Positions 1 to 10,049 of a stretch of DNA of 43,382 bases are shown here, one piece after another (position 1 is the first letter of the stretch; each line of letters begins with the position of its first letter). The position numbers were made by a program, and so were the translations under genes. Below the pieces are notes generated by a model. The model saw only the letters and a program-made list of their open reading frames with translations. It made no database searches and was not told the DNA's origin. The stretch covers positions 1 to 43,382 of the IMG/VR virus record IMGVR_UViG_3300018080_005156, one strand, 5' to 3'. This stretch comes from a virus. Lineage: Duplodnaviria; Caudoviricetes.

Positions 1-2081
1 ACACAGGGTTGATCGATATAACCCTCCATATAATTACTTGTAGTATTTCGACTTCCTACCGTAAACAAGTTACCAGCATGATAATTCGGTCCAGCATGCG
101 TACCAGAATTTTCAAACGTACCATCATCAATATAAAGCTTAGCACTATCATCAGCTGCATTATAAGTACCAACAACTAAATGCCAGTTACCATCATTTAA
201 TGTCGTACTACCATCAAGAGTTAAAAATGTTCCACCATCTCGCCTTAAATCCCAATATGCTGTATTTTGATATGCCCCAAGATCCCATCCATAGCCGGTA
301 TAATAATAATTACATATAATACCATCAAACACACCACTTGCCGTAGTTTTCACCCAAGCAGCAACAGAGAAAGATTCGTTAAGAAATTCATAATCTGTAT
401 CAATTCCACCAAGATAACCATTTCCGGAAGAAGTAAATTGATAGCAATCATCTAATTTACCAGTTTGTCCTTGAGTAACAGTACCACTTTTTACCAAATC
501 GTGATTACCAATTTCATCAATAGCATTGCCACTCGACTCATCTAAAGTCCATAAACCAAATAAACCCTCTTGCAATTCATGCTCTACTGAGGCACTCCCG
601 CTAATATAGCTAATCTCTTCATACTGCAAAGTATCGGGTCTAGGAGATGGACTTACTAAAAAGGTATCCACATTCGGCTCCGGGGTCCACTCGTCTTGTT
701 TCCAAGACCAAAGCCTAGCGTAATACATAGTATTTTCACCAGGTACATTGGGAACATAAAATATTAGATCTTTAAAATCATTACTATCACTAGAAGCTAA
801 TATAGATATTGGACTCAACCAACTATGAGGAAGAACAGTATCAATATTAAATCTAAACGAATCAGCTTCAGGGTCAAATTGCAAAGCAGTTTTTATATAT
901 CCAGAATCTAAATCCCATTCTTCTACTTCAAAAACTCCCAAAGTATCAGGATGAAATATTGTAGGAGAATCAGCTATTGCAGTATCCCGTACAGTAGAAA
1001 GCCAACCATACCCGGATTTATGAACACACATCGTCCAATAAACAGGAACCCCTTGTAATCCATCATAATAGAAAAGAGTATCATGATATAAAGCGGTATC
1101 CTCAACTGGAAATGCAAATTGAATTACGCCATTACTGGGGGAGGTAGAATAACCATCATATTTTCTAACAATTACAATACTATCTATACTAGGATCATAA
1201 CCCAAAGTTTGCATGCGCATTGTATCATAACAACACACATCTGCAGAAAATGGATAAGATATTCCATCATCACCATGTGCTTTAAGGTTTACAACTTCGA
1301 CATCAGTCAACGCTTGTTGTGCGATATATACTTCATCAATAAACCCATTAAAATACCGGTCATTATTCCAACGCCCACCAACAGTAAACCATATGTACGA
1401 ACCGTATTCTACATTGGTGCAATAATCAGTATCTTCATTAATACCGTCAACAAACACTTTAACTTCATCAGTTGCAGTATTATAAGTACCAGCTATATGA
1501 TGCCAATTGCCATCATTAATTGTTGTAGTAGAATAAGTAACAGCACTAGATGCAGAACTACGACATGCCCAACTAACACGTCCATCTGAATACAACCCTA
1601 AATCATATCCGTAACCAGTTTTATAATTAGAAATTATTCCGTCATAAGATCCACTTGCTGTAGTTTTTACCCAACAAGCCACCGTAAATGATCCACCAAA
1701 TTTAAAATTATTCTCATTCCAACCTAAACTACCAGAATTAGGAAAATAATAACAAGAATCAACTTTACCAGTAGTATCTTGTATAATACCACTTCCCTGA
1801 CCATTTAAAGTTAAATCAACCGAACCGGCAGAATTTATAGCACTTCCAGATGCTTCTTCAAGTGGATAATAGGCAGCTATATTATCAAGCAATGTCGAAT
1901 TATCACCACACACAGTAATACCATCTACAGAAAACAAATTAGTCTGTTCGGGAGCAGATACCTTAGCGGTAGTATTTTCATCCTTAAAATAAAAAACTTT
2001 GCCTTGTGCATCTCGCATCATTACTTGCGAATACGACACCAAAGATGATAATAAAAATAATATACTTAAAAGCTTTCTCAT
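1..2081 (-). CDS. Signal-peptide-bearing protein with two LamG/concanavalin-like domains (putative tail/receptor-binding protein); runs off the window edge
   Basis: Not in the ORF track because no stop falls in the window. ATG at 2081 overlaps the upstream TGA (ATGA). Translates MRKLLSILFLLSSLVSYSQ...; LamG motifs FTVACWVKT, INDGNWHHIAGTY, FNGFIDEV and a second copy ending YMEGYIDQ. Frame checked at start, middle and end. Confidence 0.85.
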   Translation of the reverse strand, partial: MRKLLSILFLLSSLVSYSQVMMRDAQGKVFYFKDENTTAKVSAPEQTNLFSVDGITVCGDNSTLLDNIAAYYPLEEASGSAINSAGSVDLTLNGQGSGIIQDTTGKVDSCYYFPNSGSLGWNENNFKFGGSFTVACWVKTTASGSYDGIISNYKTGYGYDLGLYSDGRVSWACRSSASSAVTYSTTTINDGNWHHIAGTYNTATDEVKVFVDGINEDTDYCTNVEYGSYIWFTVGGRWNNDRYFNGFIDEVYIAQQALTDVEVVNLKAHGDDGISYPFSADVCCYDTMRMQTLGYDPSIDSIVIVRKYDGYSTSPSNGVIQFAFPVEDTALYHDTLFYYDGLQGVPVYWTMCVHKSGYGWLSTVRDTAIADSPTIFHPDTLGVFEVEEWDLDSGYIKTALQFDPEADSFRFNIDTVLPHSWLSPISILASSDSNDFKDLIFYVPNVPGENTMYYARLWSWKQDEWTPEPNVDTFLVSPSPRPDTLQYEEISYISGSASVEHELQEGLFGLWTLDESSGNAIDEIGNHDLVKSGTVTQGQTGKLDDCYQFTSSGNGYLGGIDTDYEFLNESFSVAAWVKTTASGVFDGIICNYYYTGYGWDLGAYQNTAYWDLRRDGGTFLTLDGSTTLNDGNWHLVVGTYNAADDSAKLYIDDGTFENSGTHAGPNYHAGNLFTVGSRNTTSNYMEGYIDQPC

Positions 2082-2854
2082 TCTTCCCATGGATAATATT
2101 TACCTGCACCACTATTATATAAAAATGCTACATCGTCATCAGTCAATTCGTAATCTTCAAATATAAACAATTCATCTATATAACCACGAAACCAATTAGT
2201 AGTGTGCCTCCGACCAACGTTTAAACGACATTGTGAGGTATACGAAATACCTGAACGAGTACCGGAGTCCTCAAAAGTACCACTGTCTGTCCAAACTTTT
2301 AACGAATCATCGCCAGCACCATCATATGAAACACATACCAAATGCCAATTACCATCATTAATTGTTGTAGTTCCATCAACAATTGTCGATCCGCTGCCGC
2401 CATTTCTAATCGCAAAAGTTGCTACATTATTATAATTTCCTAAATCCCATCCATTATCAGTATAATAATTTGCCACAATTCCATCGTAAGCTGTCGAAAC
2501 CGTTGTTTTGACCCACACAGCAATCGAAAATGTACCAGTGAACTCAAAATCAGTATCTATATCCCCACCAAAATATTCGTCTCCAGCATCAGGACCGTCT
2601 GGATTATCAAAAAAGCAACAATAATCTATGATACCAGTTTCTTGTTGATTCACTGAACCATTGTTAGTTAAATCATAACCGTTTACCAAATCTAAAGCGT
2701 TTCCTGAACTTTCCTCAAACGACCACCCTGCTTTTAATTCATCCACTAATGGGGATAAATTTGATGGAGAACCACCGGATACCGTAGTACCAATATACTG
2801 AGCATTAAGACTCGAAGTCAATAAAAACAATATACTAATAAAAAATTGTTTCAT
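2078..2854 (-). CDS. LamG/concanavalin-like domain protein with Sec signal peptide
   Basis: MKQFFISILFLLTSSLNA/Q signal; LamG_3-type motifs WSFEESSG, FSIAVWVKT, INDGNWHLVCVSYD, FRGYIDEL. Confidence 0.88.
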   Translation of the reverse strand: MKQFFISILFLLTSSLNAQYIGTTVSGGSPSNLSPLVDELKAGWSFEESSGNALDLVNGYDLTNNGSVNQQETGIIDYCCFFDNPDGPDAGDEYFGGDIDTDFEFTGTFSIAVWVKTTVSTAYDGIVANYYTDNGWDLGNYNNVATFAIRNGGSGSTIVDGTTTINDGNWHLVCVSYDGAGDDSLKVWTDSGTFEDSGTRSGISYTSQCRLNVGRRHTTNWFRGYIDELFIFEDYELTDDDVAFLYNSGAGKYYPWEE

Positions 2855-2862
2855 ATCCTAAA

Positions 2863-3321
2863 TTATTCCCATCCAGACGATGGTAAAGCCTCCCAATATC
2901 CAGGTCGACCAAGTAATACTATATATCTTCCTCGCGTACCATCTGATACCACAGATGTCCCCGCCCCCGCAGACACACCGTTAACAACAATATATTCACT
3001 GCCATTTGGATCAAGTGTCATTGCTCCTCCAGCTCCATCAAAAAAACCTGTACACAATCCATAAGCTCCAGCAGGAAGATCGAATTCAATAGCATCAGCA
3101 TCAGCATTTGTGTGAACAATATTCCTACAACTATCTGCAGTTAAAGCAACGGTCGCAGACGAATTAAAAACTTCTTTTAAATTACCTGTAATAGTTCCAG
3201 ATGCTTCAATGGTAACAGCAATTAAGGAATCAATATAACCTTTCGTTAGATGCTCTTGAGAAAATATATTCCCGACAACAGCAGTTACAAAAACTGCAAC
3301 TAAAAATAACTTCTTCATCAT
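2863..3321 (-). CDS. Small beta-rich fibre-associated protein with Sec signal peptide
   Basis: MMKKLFLVAVFVTAVVGNIFS/Q signal; C-terminal part (IEFDLPAGAYGLCTGF...MTLDPNG) resembles fibre C-terminal beta domains; translationally coupled to neighbours. Confidence 0.7.
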   Translation of the reverse strand: MMKKLFLVAVFVTAVVGNIFSQEHLTKGYIDSLIAVTIEASGTITGNLKEVFNSSATVALTADSCRNIVHTNADADAIEFDLPAGAYGLCTGFFDGAGGAMTLDPNGSEYIVVNGVSAGAGTSVVSDGTRGRYIVLLGRPGYWEALPSSGWE

Positions 3322-4679
3322 CCGTTTGTATGTATTGAATATTTAACATAAATATACGCTTGACCATTAGCAGCGTCTGATCCACTATCTGAATATTGAA
3401 AAATAACATGGGTATTTGCACTGGATATTCGATCAGCCAGATTAGCTAACTGCCAAAACTTATCTCCCTGAGATAAATCAAGGTCGTTTTCATATTTATC
3501 AGCGTCACCAATTATTCCAACATCCAATAAATCAGTACCAGACCCATCAAAAGCAGTTTCTACATAAACATGTATTTCCCAAATAACTGCTCCCTCTGGA
3601 AGAGTTACCACAGTATCTACTGTAGTATTTGAATATAATATAGTATCATGCTTAACTAATACTACACCAGCAGCAGAATCAGCTGGTATAACTTCAGAAA
3701 CATCAAATTCTTGACTCAACGAATCATAGGTAATAACCCAACCATGTTCAGAAGCAGACACATTCTTAAGTAAAGTACTTACCGAGACTCCCCCAATTTG
3801 ATTAGAACTGGTGTCAACTACAGCTTGATAAGTTGGAACCCACAAAGGATTTGCAACACCAGCAGTAGCATAATTAGCATAATAGACTATACCCATGGAA
3901 TTGTCGTCATCCCTAATTGCCATAGTCGACGGAGTAATATAAAAGGATTTTATTGAGGAACCATCATATTGTCCTAACGACAAAGCTCCATTATCAACAG
4001 AAAAAAATGAAGAATCCCCAGTGAAATCTGCACCATCATAACCTCTTAAAGTAAAACCATCCGAATCGTGGTACAAAAACTTTGCTGAATGAGACGAAGT
4101 TGCATCTGTCATTCGAAAATATATGGGATTAATATCTGTCCCAGTAATTATTGCTGGAGAAGTTAGCGTTCCACCTAAATCAAGATTACTCCCGTTTTCT
4201 GTCAAACCAGAACCACCACCAAACCCAGTAGGCTGATCATACCAGCCCTTTGTACCACTACCATTTGTTCCATATAACTTACTATTACCCGGAGTATCCT
4301 CATCATTCACTAAATTAACTATATCACTAGATTCAGTTAATGAGTATCTAAATGTATAATTGGTACCAATTGGTTCCGCAAAAGTACCGTCAGCACGCAA
4401 AAAATTTATCGTTCCACCTCCACTAGCGGGAACTAAACCAGGTGTGGTTGATGTAAATCGCCTAGTAGCATAAGATCTAGCAATAAGTTTATCGCCAGAT
4501 AAAAATACTGTATCACCAAGTACCGCATTATAGCCAACAAAACTAATAGTTCGAACATTGATATCTTCATATGTCCCAATCGTTGTAATATCAACTCCAG
4601 ACCTATGTCTATGAGGAGTTTGTGAAAACACAGCAACCGAAAACAATAAACCTAAAAATAATAGTCCTAATTTTTTCAT
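3318..4679 (-). CDS. Putative tail fibre protein with Sec signal peptide
   Basis: MKKLGLLFLGLLFSVAVFS/Q signal; fibre-type motifs GLVPASGGGTINFLRADGTF and LVNDEDTPGNSKLYGTNGSGTKGWY; C-terminal LPEGAVI...VETAFDG...LDVG jelly-roll-like domain. Confidence 0.75.
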   Translation of the reverse strand: MKKLGLLFLGLLFSVAVFSQTPHRHRSGVDITTIGTYEDINVRTISFVGYNAVLGDTVFLSGDKLIARSYATRRFTSTTPGLVPASGGGTINFLRADGTFAEPIGTNYTFRYSLTESSDIVNLVNDEDTPGNSKLYGTNGSGTKGWYDQPTGFGGGSGLTENGSNLDLGGTLTSPAIITGTDINPIYFRMTDATSSHSAKFLYHDSDGFTLRGYDGADFTGDSSFFSVDNGALSLGQYDGSSIKSFYITPSTMAIRDDDNSMGIVYYANYATAGVANPLWVPTYQAVVDTSSNQIGGVSVSTLLKNVSASEHGWVITYDSLSQEFDVSEVIPADSAAGVVLVKHDTILYSNTTVDTVVTLPEGAVIWEIHVYVETAFDGSGTDLLDVGIIGDADKYENDLDLSQGDKFWQLANLADRISSANTHVIFQYSDSGSDAANGQAYIYVKYSIHTNG

Positions 4680-4680
4680 T

Positions 4681-4995
4681 TTAACTTACCCAATCTGTAC
4701 CATTACTATATGCCATAACACCTTCATCACTAATATAAATTAATTGCCCTGCAGGATCTGCATCAGGCAAATTATCAGATGTATAACTTTCTAATTGTGA
4801 AAAACCTGTCAACAACAAATTTAATTGACTCAAGGTTATATAATATGGATTTCCGTCACTATCTCTAATTGACATTATATCAGATAATTCTGGGGAACTT
4901 TTATTATTATCGGGAAATATCGCCTTATATACACGACTAATTCTATGAGCCAAATTAGTTATACTTATCCTATTTTTAGTGGGACTTATTGGCAT
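4681..4995 (-). CDS. Hypothetical tail-region protein
   Basis: 104 aa ORF in the tail operon; C-terminal LPDADPAGQLIYISDEGVMAYSNGTDW motif typical of phage fibre proteins. Confidence 0.65.
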   Translation of the reverse strand: MPISPTKNRISITNLAHRISRVYKAIFPDNNKSSPELSDIMSIRDSDGNPYYITLSQLNLLLTGFSQLESYTSDNLPDADPAGQLIYISDEGVMAYSNGTDWVS

Positions 4996-5013
4996 TTTTA
5001 TATCTTTATAATT

Positions 5014-5286
5014 CTAACTAAAATCGAAATAATACTCAGTACCCATTATTTTATTGACGTGGGTAATAACATCTTGAATTTCTTCCTCGGTAAAAAAATT
5101 ATCGTCCCCAGAAATAGTATCACGAAAATAGTATTCTAATATCTCCATAAAATGAGCTAAAAGTACAATCTTCAATTCACGCATTGACAAATCACGATTG
5201 TAACTTAATTTTAATACTTCACTTTCATTACCACAATATTCCGTAAAAGACATATTGAGCAATACCATAAATTGTTCGCCAGTCAT
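5014..5286 (-). CDS. Hypothetical helical protein (possible tail hub component)
   Basis: 90 aa ORF coupled to the upstream gene (TAATG overlap); position in the crAss-like tail region. Confidence 0.6.
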   Translation of the reverse strand: MTGEQFMVLLNMSFTEYCGNESEVLKLSYNRDLSMRELKIVLLAHFMEILEYYFRDTISGDDNFFTEEEIQDVITHVNKIMGTEYYFDFS

Positions 5287-7169
5287 TATATATCCCTAAC
5301 TTTAAGATCCTCATATATCATTTTGACATTTGTAGCATCAGGAAACGTTTGACCTGAACTAGTATGATCACCAATGAATACAAAAAACTTTTCATCATCC
5401 AAAAAATGAGCATTATGAGTAGCAGCTCTAGATAAACCAAATGGTTCATCAGATCTGATACTAGCCACTTCATGCCAATTAGTGCCAGAATCAAATGTAC
5501 GCATAACTTTAGTTGCTAATCGTACAGGTTTAACCCTATTAGTTGCATTCAATGTACCATTACCATCACCATATGAAGAACCGGTGCCCGAATGGCCAAG
5601 ATGACTATAAATATACCCAGCAGTATGTGTTGTACTATTCCAAGGAATACCAGCTGAATAATCGTTATCTACAACAAGATATCTACAACCGGTAAATACA
5701 CTAGTCTGTGTTGATTCCATTTCACCAACCATTTCACCAGCATCTTTTACATTTGCATCATCTAACGGTAAACCTAGTCCATCCGGTATATAACTTACTA
5801 CAAAATCCCAACAGGTATCGCTATAAGGTACGATCGCATGTACTTTTGCTATACTACCTTCTGGACGACACAAACTTTCATGCCCCCAAATATCTGTAGT
5901 TATTTCCTTCTGCGTCCAAGATGAACCAGACCAATAAGCAAGATATACATTATCAATTCTATTATCACCTGAATAATCCTCATAAACGTATACCACAACA
6001 GGCATACCGGTTTTTGTAATGACACCAGCCCTAAAATTCCATTTTTTATTACTAGGATCGGGTGATGTTGCAGGAACTTTACAGTTAGTATCAAGTTCAG
6101 AATTAGTTATATATCCACTAGAAACAACATTTTTAGAAAATTCATCACTACCAGTACTTTTCCAAGACTGTATGTTTTCCCAAGTGATTCCATCTTCACT
6201 ATGCAAAAAATAAATATTATCAATACTATGACTATCTCCTGCATCATAATCTAAAACCAATATATTTATACCCTGGGATTTTGGACCAGCTAGTTGCATG
6301 TGATAAGCATAACCATCAGTTGCATCACCCAATCTCAAAACTTCAGTATCAGAATTAGCAGTACCACTCATATCCTTAAATGTATCACCGTCATCATCAG
6401 AATAAGCGGTATATACACTATCATATGAACCAGCGCGCCAAGTACAATGAAAATTACCGTTACTCAATTCCCAAATATGCGGATAAGATCTACCACTTGA
6501 TGTTATATCACCTATAGTAGTAAATGACGAAATACTTTCTGTAGCATTGGCTTTTTTATGGACCATTTCAGTATTATGCTGAGAATTAGCATCCCATGTC
6601 GTGCCAGTTTTGCCTTTTTCATGTAAAACATGTACATACCCACTAGAATCAACAAATGGAAACGCCATAACATGTGGGTCCGTCAAAGTAGCAATATCAA
6701 CCCCCAAATCAACTGGGGCAGCAAATTCACCTGTATCTACATCATAATACGATATATAATTAGTAGAATACACAATAGTAGGATTCCAATTACACCTACC
6801 GTGAAAAGTAAAATACACACGTCTGTATGTACCCTCATAGTACCAAGCCTGCATACCCAACGTTTGATAATTAAAAGGCAATTGCTGATGTCCTTTGAAC
6901 GAAGTATCTAAGGTACGTACAAAATTATAATCGCACAGTGTAGTTTTGTTGGGGTATCCAACTGGTTGCCATCTTCCAGTATACAAACTAGCACTTTCCG
7001 TTAATTCCGAAGTACTAACACGTATAGCAAAATACCTTTTATCTAAACTAAAAGTTGTCGTGTACCCATTACCAAGTTCATCATCGGCCCAAGCTATATA
7101 TACATAGTGACCTGTAGTATCGGTAAGATTAAGAGTATCTAAACATCTTGTAAAAATCGTATGAGCCAT
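5286..7169 (-). CDS. BNR/Asp-box beta-propeller protein (sialidase-like; putative tail spike)
   Basis: Asp-boxes SDDDGDTF, SEDGITW, TFDSGTNW; DPH...VDSSGYVHV and SYP motifs of BNR_4-type propellers; N-terminal YVYIAWADD fibre-type motif. Confidence 0.78.
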   Translation of the reverse strand: MAHTIFTRCLDTLNLTDTTGHYVYIAWADDELGNGYTTTFSLDKRYFAIRVSTSELTESASLYTGRWQPVGYPNKTTLCDYNFVRTLDTSFKGHQQLPFNYQTLGMQAWYYEGTYRRVYFTFHGRCNWNPTIVYSTNYISYYDVDTGEFAAPVDLGVDIATLTDPHVMAFPFVDSSGYVHVLHEKGKTGTTWDANSQHNTEMVHKKANATESISSFTTIGDITSSGRSYPHIWELSNGNFHCTWRAGSYDSVYTAYSDDDGDTFKDMSGTANSDTEVLRLGDATDGYAYHMQLAGPKSQGINILVLDYDAGDSHSIDNIYFLHSEDGITWENIQSWKSTGSDEFSKNVVSSGYITNSELDTNCKVPATSPDPSNKKWNFRAGVITKTGMPVVVYVYEDYSGDNRIDNVYLAYWSGSSWTQKEITTDIWGHESLCRPEGSIAKVHAIVPYSDTCWDFVVSYIPDGLGLPLDDANVKDAGEMVGEMESTQTSVFTGCRYLVVDNDYSAGIPWNSTTHTAGYIYSHLGHSGTGSSYGDGNGTLNATNRVKPVRLATKVMRTFDSGTNWHEVASIRSDEPFGLSRAATHNAHFLDDEKFFVFIGDHTSSGQTFPDATNVKMIYEDLKVRDI

Positions 7170-7171
7170 GT

Positions 7172-7843
7172 TTAATCATTTAAAGTTAATCTCTCAAGTA
7201 TATCCAATAGATTAAGAACGTCATCAGTAGCCGAATGAGCTACACCGGCTATCATGCTATCAAATAACCCCTTTTTTAACAAAGTCCTTAATATATCCTT
7301 AAAATCATGATGATAAATTGGTACAAATGTTTCCGTACTATCATAAATTGTAGATATTTGCCTTAACTGATTGTATACTTTTACACGAACATTTCCATCA
7401 AGCAAAATAGATTTGCTTAAAGTTGCCTTCACATCTGAATGATCGCTGTTCGACACTAGCTGATAAACAAAATCATATTTACCATCCAACAGAGTATCAT
7501 CACTTTCACCCATTGCAGTACCACTGGCAGAAAAATGTGATGGATCAAAAGTCCAAACCAAATCTGATGTATCAACAAAAGCTGCACCATTGTGATCATA
7601 CAAATTAATTTGATCATATGTAGTCGTAACTCCATCCGATCCTGTATAATCTGTACTTAACAAAAGGTGATATTTACCTGCAGTAGTCGTATCTGTAGAC
7701 ACAACAATATCAGTTACTGCTTCATTAGGTGTACCCCAACCAGTAGGATTATCAACTGCATGATATGTACCAGAATCATCAGTTATCTGCAAAGTCTCAT
7801 TATCATTACTTTGCAAAAAACTTAAACTTAAACTTAATGCCAT
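7172..7843 (-). CDS. Putative tail hub/structural protein
   Basis: 223 aa; N-terminal beta domain (ITDDSGTYHAVDNPTGWGTPN, LLDGKYDFVY) plus helical C-terminus; position downstream of capsid genes. Confidence 0.55.
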   Translation of the reverse strand: MALSLSLSFLQSNDNETLQITDDSGTYHAVDNPTGWGTPNEAVTDIVVSTDTTTAGKYHLLLSTDYTGSDGVTTTYDQINLYDHNGAAFVDTSDLVWTFDPSHFSASGTAMGESDDTLLDGKYDFVYQLVSNSDHSDVKATLSKSILLDGNVRVKVYNQLRQISTIYDSTETFVPIYHHDFKDILRTLLKKGLFDSMIAGVAHSATDDVLNLLDILERLTLND

Positions 7844-7854
7844 TTTATTTTATT

Positions 7855-8244
7855 TTAAACAGGTACAATGTAATCTACATAATAATTATACGAGGCAGTG
7901 GCTGAAGAAACAGAACTCGCTTGGCAGCTCACATTAAACTCACCACTACTAGCCAAATAAATACCGGCATCATTCGGATACGCTCTAACCAAATTAATGG
8001 TAGATGCCTCAGAAACAGCCGGCAATGTAGAAATAGATTGTGTTACGCCAATAGGTGTACTACCAATCCTAGGTTGGACAGTAGCAGCGGCATCAGTAAT
8101 AGTAACTGCACTAGGAGCTGAAATAGTAAGACCTGTTATAATAGCTCCAGCAGGAAAATACACACTAGAACCAACACTACCAGCACTATTTGCCAAAGTA
8201 ACACTACATTGAGCATGTCTGCCTACGCTAAATGTATTAGCCAT
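7855..8244 (-). CDS. Putative capsid decoration/head fibre protein (paralogue of 9647-10027)
   Basis: Shares MAN..., VYxPAGAIITG, ATVxPxxG and YxYYVDY motifs with 9647-10027; Ser/Thr/Ala-rich beta protein. Confidence 0.65.
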   Translation of the reverse strand: MANTFSVGRHAQCSVTLANSAGSVGSSVYFPAGAIITGLTISAPSAVTITDAAATVQPRIGSTPIGVTQSISTLPAVSEASTINLVRAYPNDAGIYLASSGEFNVSCQASSVSSATASYNYYVDYIVPV

Positions 8245-8246
8245 AA

Positions 8247-8852
8247 TTATTTTCTTTTAGTCAATTCAACTTTAAGGTCTAAAATACTATCCCAATCCTC
8301 TTTGAAAGCTTTTGACCTTACCTCATCTGATTTAAGAATTAACGATTCATCTATATGATAACTAAATACCATATCAAAATCGCAATTAATATCATAATGT
8401 TTAATCCCCTCATTACCAGGCAAATCACGCCACTCCTTATTAAAATAATAAAATGACCAATCCAACATATACCTAACATGAGTTGGATCACCATAAGCCC
8501 TAGAATGTTTAGCATGAGGCACTTGAATATGTGCCTTTCCACCTGGTTCCAATATTCTATAAAGTTCGTCCATGAACTTCAGTACCCCATCTATATACGG
8601 CTCAGAGGCTTTTGCCTTAAATTCTTCAAACGTTTCACAACTTTTAGCCACCACACGCCAACTATCGTGTGGAATATGTTCCATATAATGATGACAATGT
8701 ATTTCCTTAACACTATTACTTTCAATAGGCCACGGATATACATTTAAATCATGAACGAGATCAATACCTTCTGCAGCAACAACATCAATACCAAAAAATC
8801 CCTCCATTTTATTGCTGCCACACGCCAAATCAATTTTTGTCTTATCAACCAT
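8247..8852 (-). CDS. Class I SAM-dependent methyltransferase (Methyltransf_11-like)
   Basis: KIDLACG motif I, GID, DLNVYPWP, HYMEHI, ELYRILEPGG; likely start MVDKTK at 8852, directly after the upstream stop. Confidence 0.88.
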   Translation of the reverse strand: MVDKTKIDLACGSNKMEGFFGIDVVAAEGIDLVHDLNVYPWPIESNSVKEIHCHHYMEHIPHDSWRVVAKSCETFEEFKAKASEPYIDGVLKFMDELYRILEPGGKAHIQVPHAKHSRAYGDPTHVRYMLDWSFYYFNKEWRDLPGNEGIKHYDINCDFDMVFSYHIDESLILKSDEVRSKAFKEDWDSILDLKVELTKRK

Positions 8853-8853
8853 T

Positions 8854-9585
8854 TTACCACACTTTATCGTTCTTGCTGTCATAATGACCCACAAGAATTC
8901 TATTATCTACAGCAAATTTATATCCTTTTTGAGCAGCTTTTCTAAAAAAATAAAAATCTTGAGTCATTTTCCTTTCTACTCCTCTTTCATCAACACCTTC
9001 GACTGTTTCAAACCACGGTTCCTCAATATCACGAAATATTTCAGTTTTAAATAATGTAAAACCCATGCCCAAAGCATTGCATCTTTGTACTTCCCCCGTT
9101 TTAGGGGTCTGAGCAGCAGAATCTAAATACCCATTCTCAGGATTACCAAATATCATGGGAAAGCCATCTTCATATTTTCCCCAATATAACCCACCAACAA
9201 CATCATACTCATCCATACTTTCATATAGTCTAAGTAATCCATCAACAGGTGGAAGATTATCTTCCTCCATTGTGAGAATATACTTACACCTGCCCAGCAA
9301 CTTACTGTTTACAACATAATTTACTAACGCATTGTAAGCCTTATCAACCTGCATACTCTCTGCAAAAATAGGACCATATACATTGTGATTCAATGGTCTT
9401 TGTAATTTCATCCATGATTGGACAACTCTTGTTGGAAACGTTCCCCTAGTTGGGCAAATAATCACAGTAGACAAATCTTTGTACATACCTGATTTCTTGA
9501 CCCGCTCAATTGATTCCTCTAAATGTTCATTATGCCCACCGATATCTACAGTATCTCCTGTAACTCCAATTATCTGTGGTTTCAT
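8854..9585 (-). CDS. GT-A fold glycosyltransferase (GT2-like)
   Basis: VIICPTRG, YILTMEED (DxD-like), DVVGGLY, GMGFTLFKTEIF, QDFYFFRK, VGH motifs typical of phage GT-A enzymes; likely start MKPQII at 9585. Confidence 0.85.
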   Translation of the reverse strand: MKPQIIGVTGDTVDIGGHNEHLEESIERVKKSGMYKDLSTVIICPTRGTFPTRVVQSWMKLQRPLNHNVYGPIFAESMQVDKAYNALVNYVVNSKLLGRCKYILTMEEDNLPPVDGLLRLYESMDEYDVVGGLYWGKYEDGFPMIFGNPENGYLDSAAQTPKTGEVQRCNALGMGFTLFKTEIFRDIEEPWFETVEGVDERGVERKMTQDFYFFRKAAQKGYKFAVDNRILVGHYDSKNDKVW

Positions 9586-9612
9586 AATATAAATATATGA
9601 AAATTTTAAGGA

Positions 9613-9632
9613 GGGGGAAAACATGTTCCCCC
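9613..9632 (-). terminator. Intergenic GC hairpin (probable terminator/attenuator after the capsid accessory genes)
   Basis: GGGGGAA-AACATG-TTCCCCC inverted repeat between 9647-10027 and the glycosyltransferase. Confidence 0.5.
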
Positions 9633-9646
9633 CATCCCTATAATAT

Positions 9647-10027
9647 TTAACTTACAATGTAGAGATAATCTACATAATAGTCATACGTTCCTGCGGCAGT
9701 CGATGTAGCACTGGCACCAATAACTAGATTCAACTCACCATCAGCTGTAATATACTTACCAGCGGCTGCAGTTACTTCAGTAGTAGCAACAACAGTTTGT
9801 GCTGGAAGACCAGACATATTAACCGTAGCACACAACGCTTCTGTACCAACTTTAGGTACAACAGTTGCAGATGCATTAGTCAATGTTACAGCATCAGGCG
9901 AACAAATCCTAATGCCAGTGATAATAGCCCCAGCAGGAATATACACACCAGACGTAACAGTAGCAGCCGCATTTGACAAAGCAAAACTAGCTACAGCCGT
10001 CCTTTGTACTACATGTTCATTAGCCAT
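9647..10027 (-). CDS. Putative capsid decoration/head fibre protein
   Basis: 126 aa Ala/Thr-rich beta protein directly after the auxiliary capsid gene; paralogue of 7855-8244. Confidence 0.65.
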   Translation of the reverse strand: MANEHVVQRTAVASFALSNAAATVTSGVYIPAGAIITGIRICSPDAVTLTNASATVVPKVGTEALCATVNMSGLPAQTVVATTEVTAAAGKYITADGELNLVIGASATSTAAGTYDYYVDYLYIVS

Positions 10028-10049
10028 GATTAATTCCTCCTAAAATTTA

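Noticed and set aside
1-2854. Three similar LamG-coding segments as possible DGR template/variable repeats
   Set aside because: The similarity is protein-level paralogy with differences at all bases, all copies are coding, and there is no reverse transcriptase in the window
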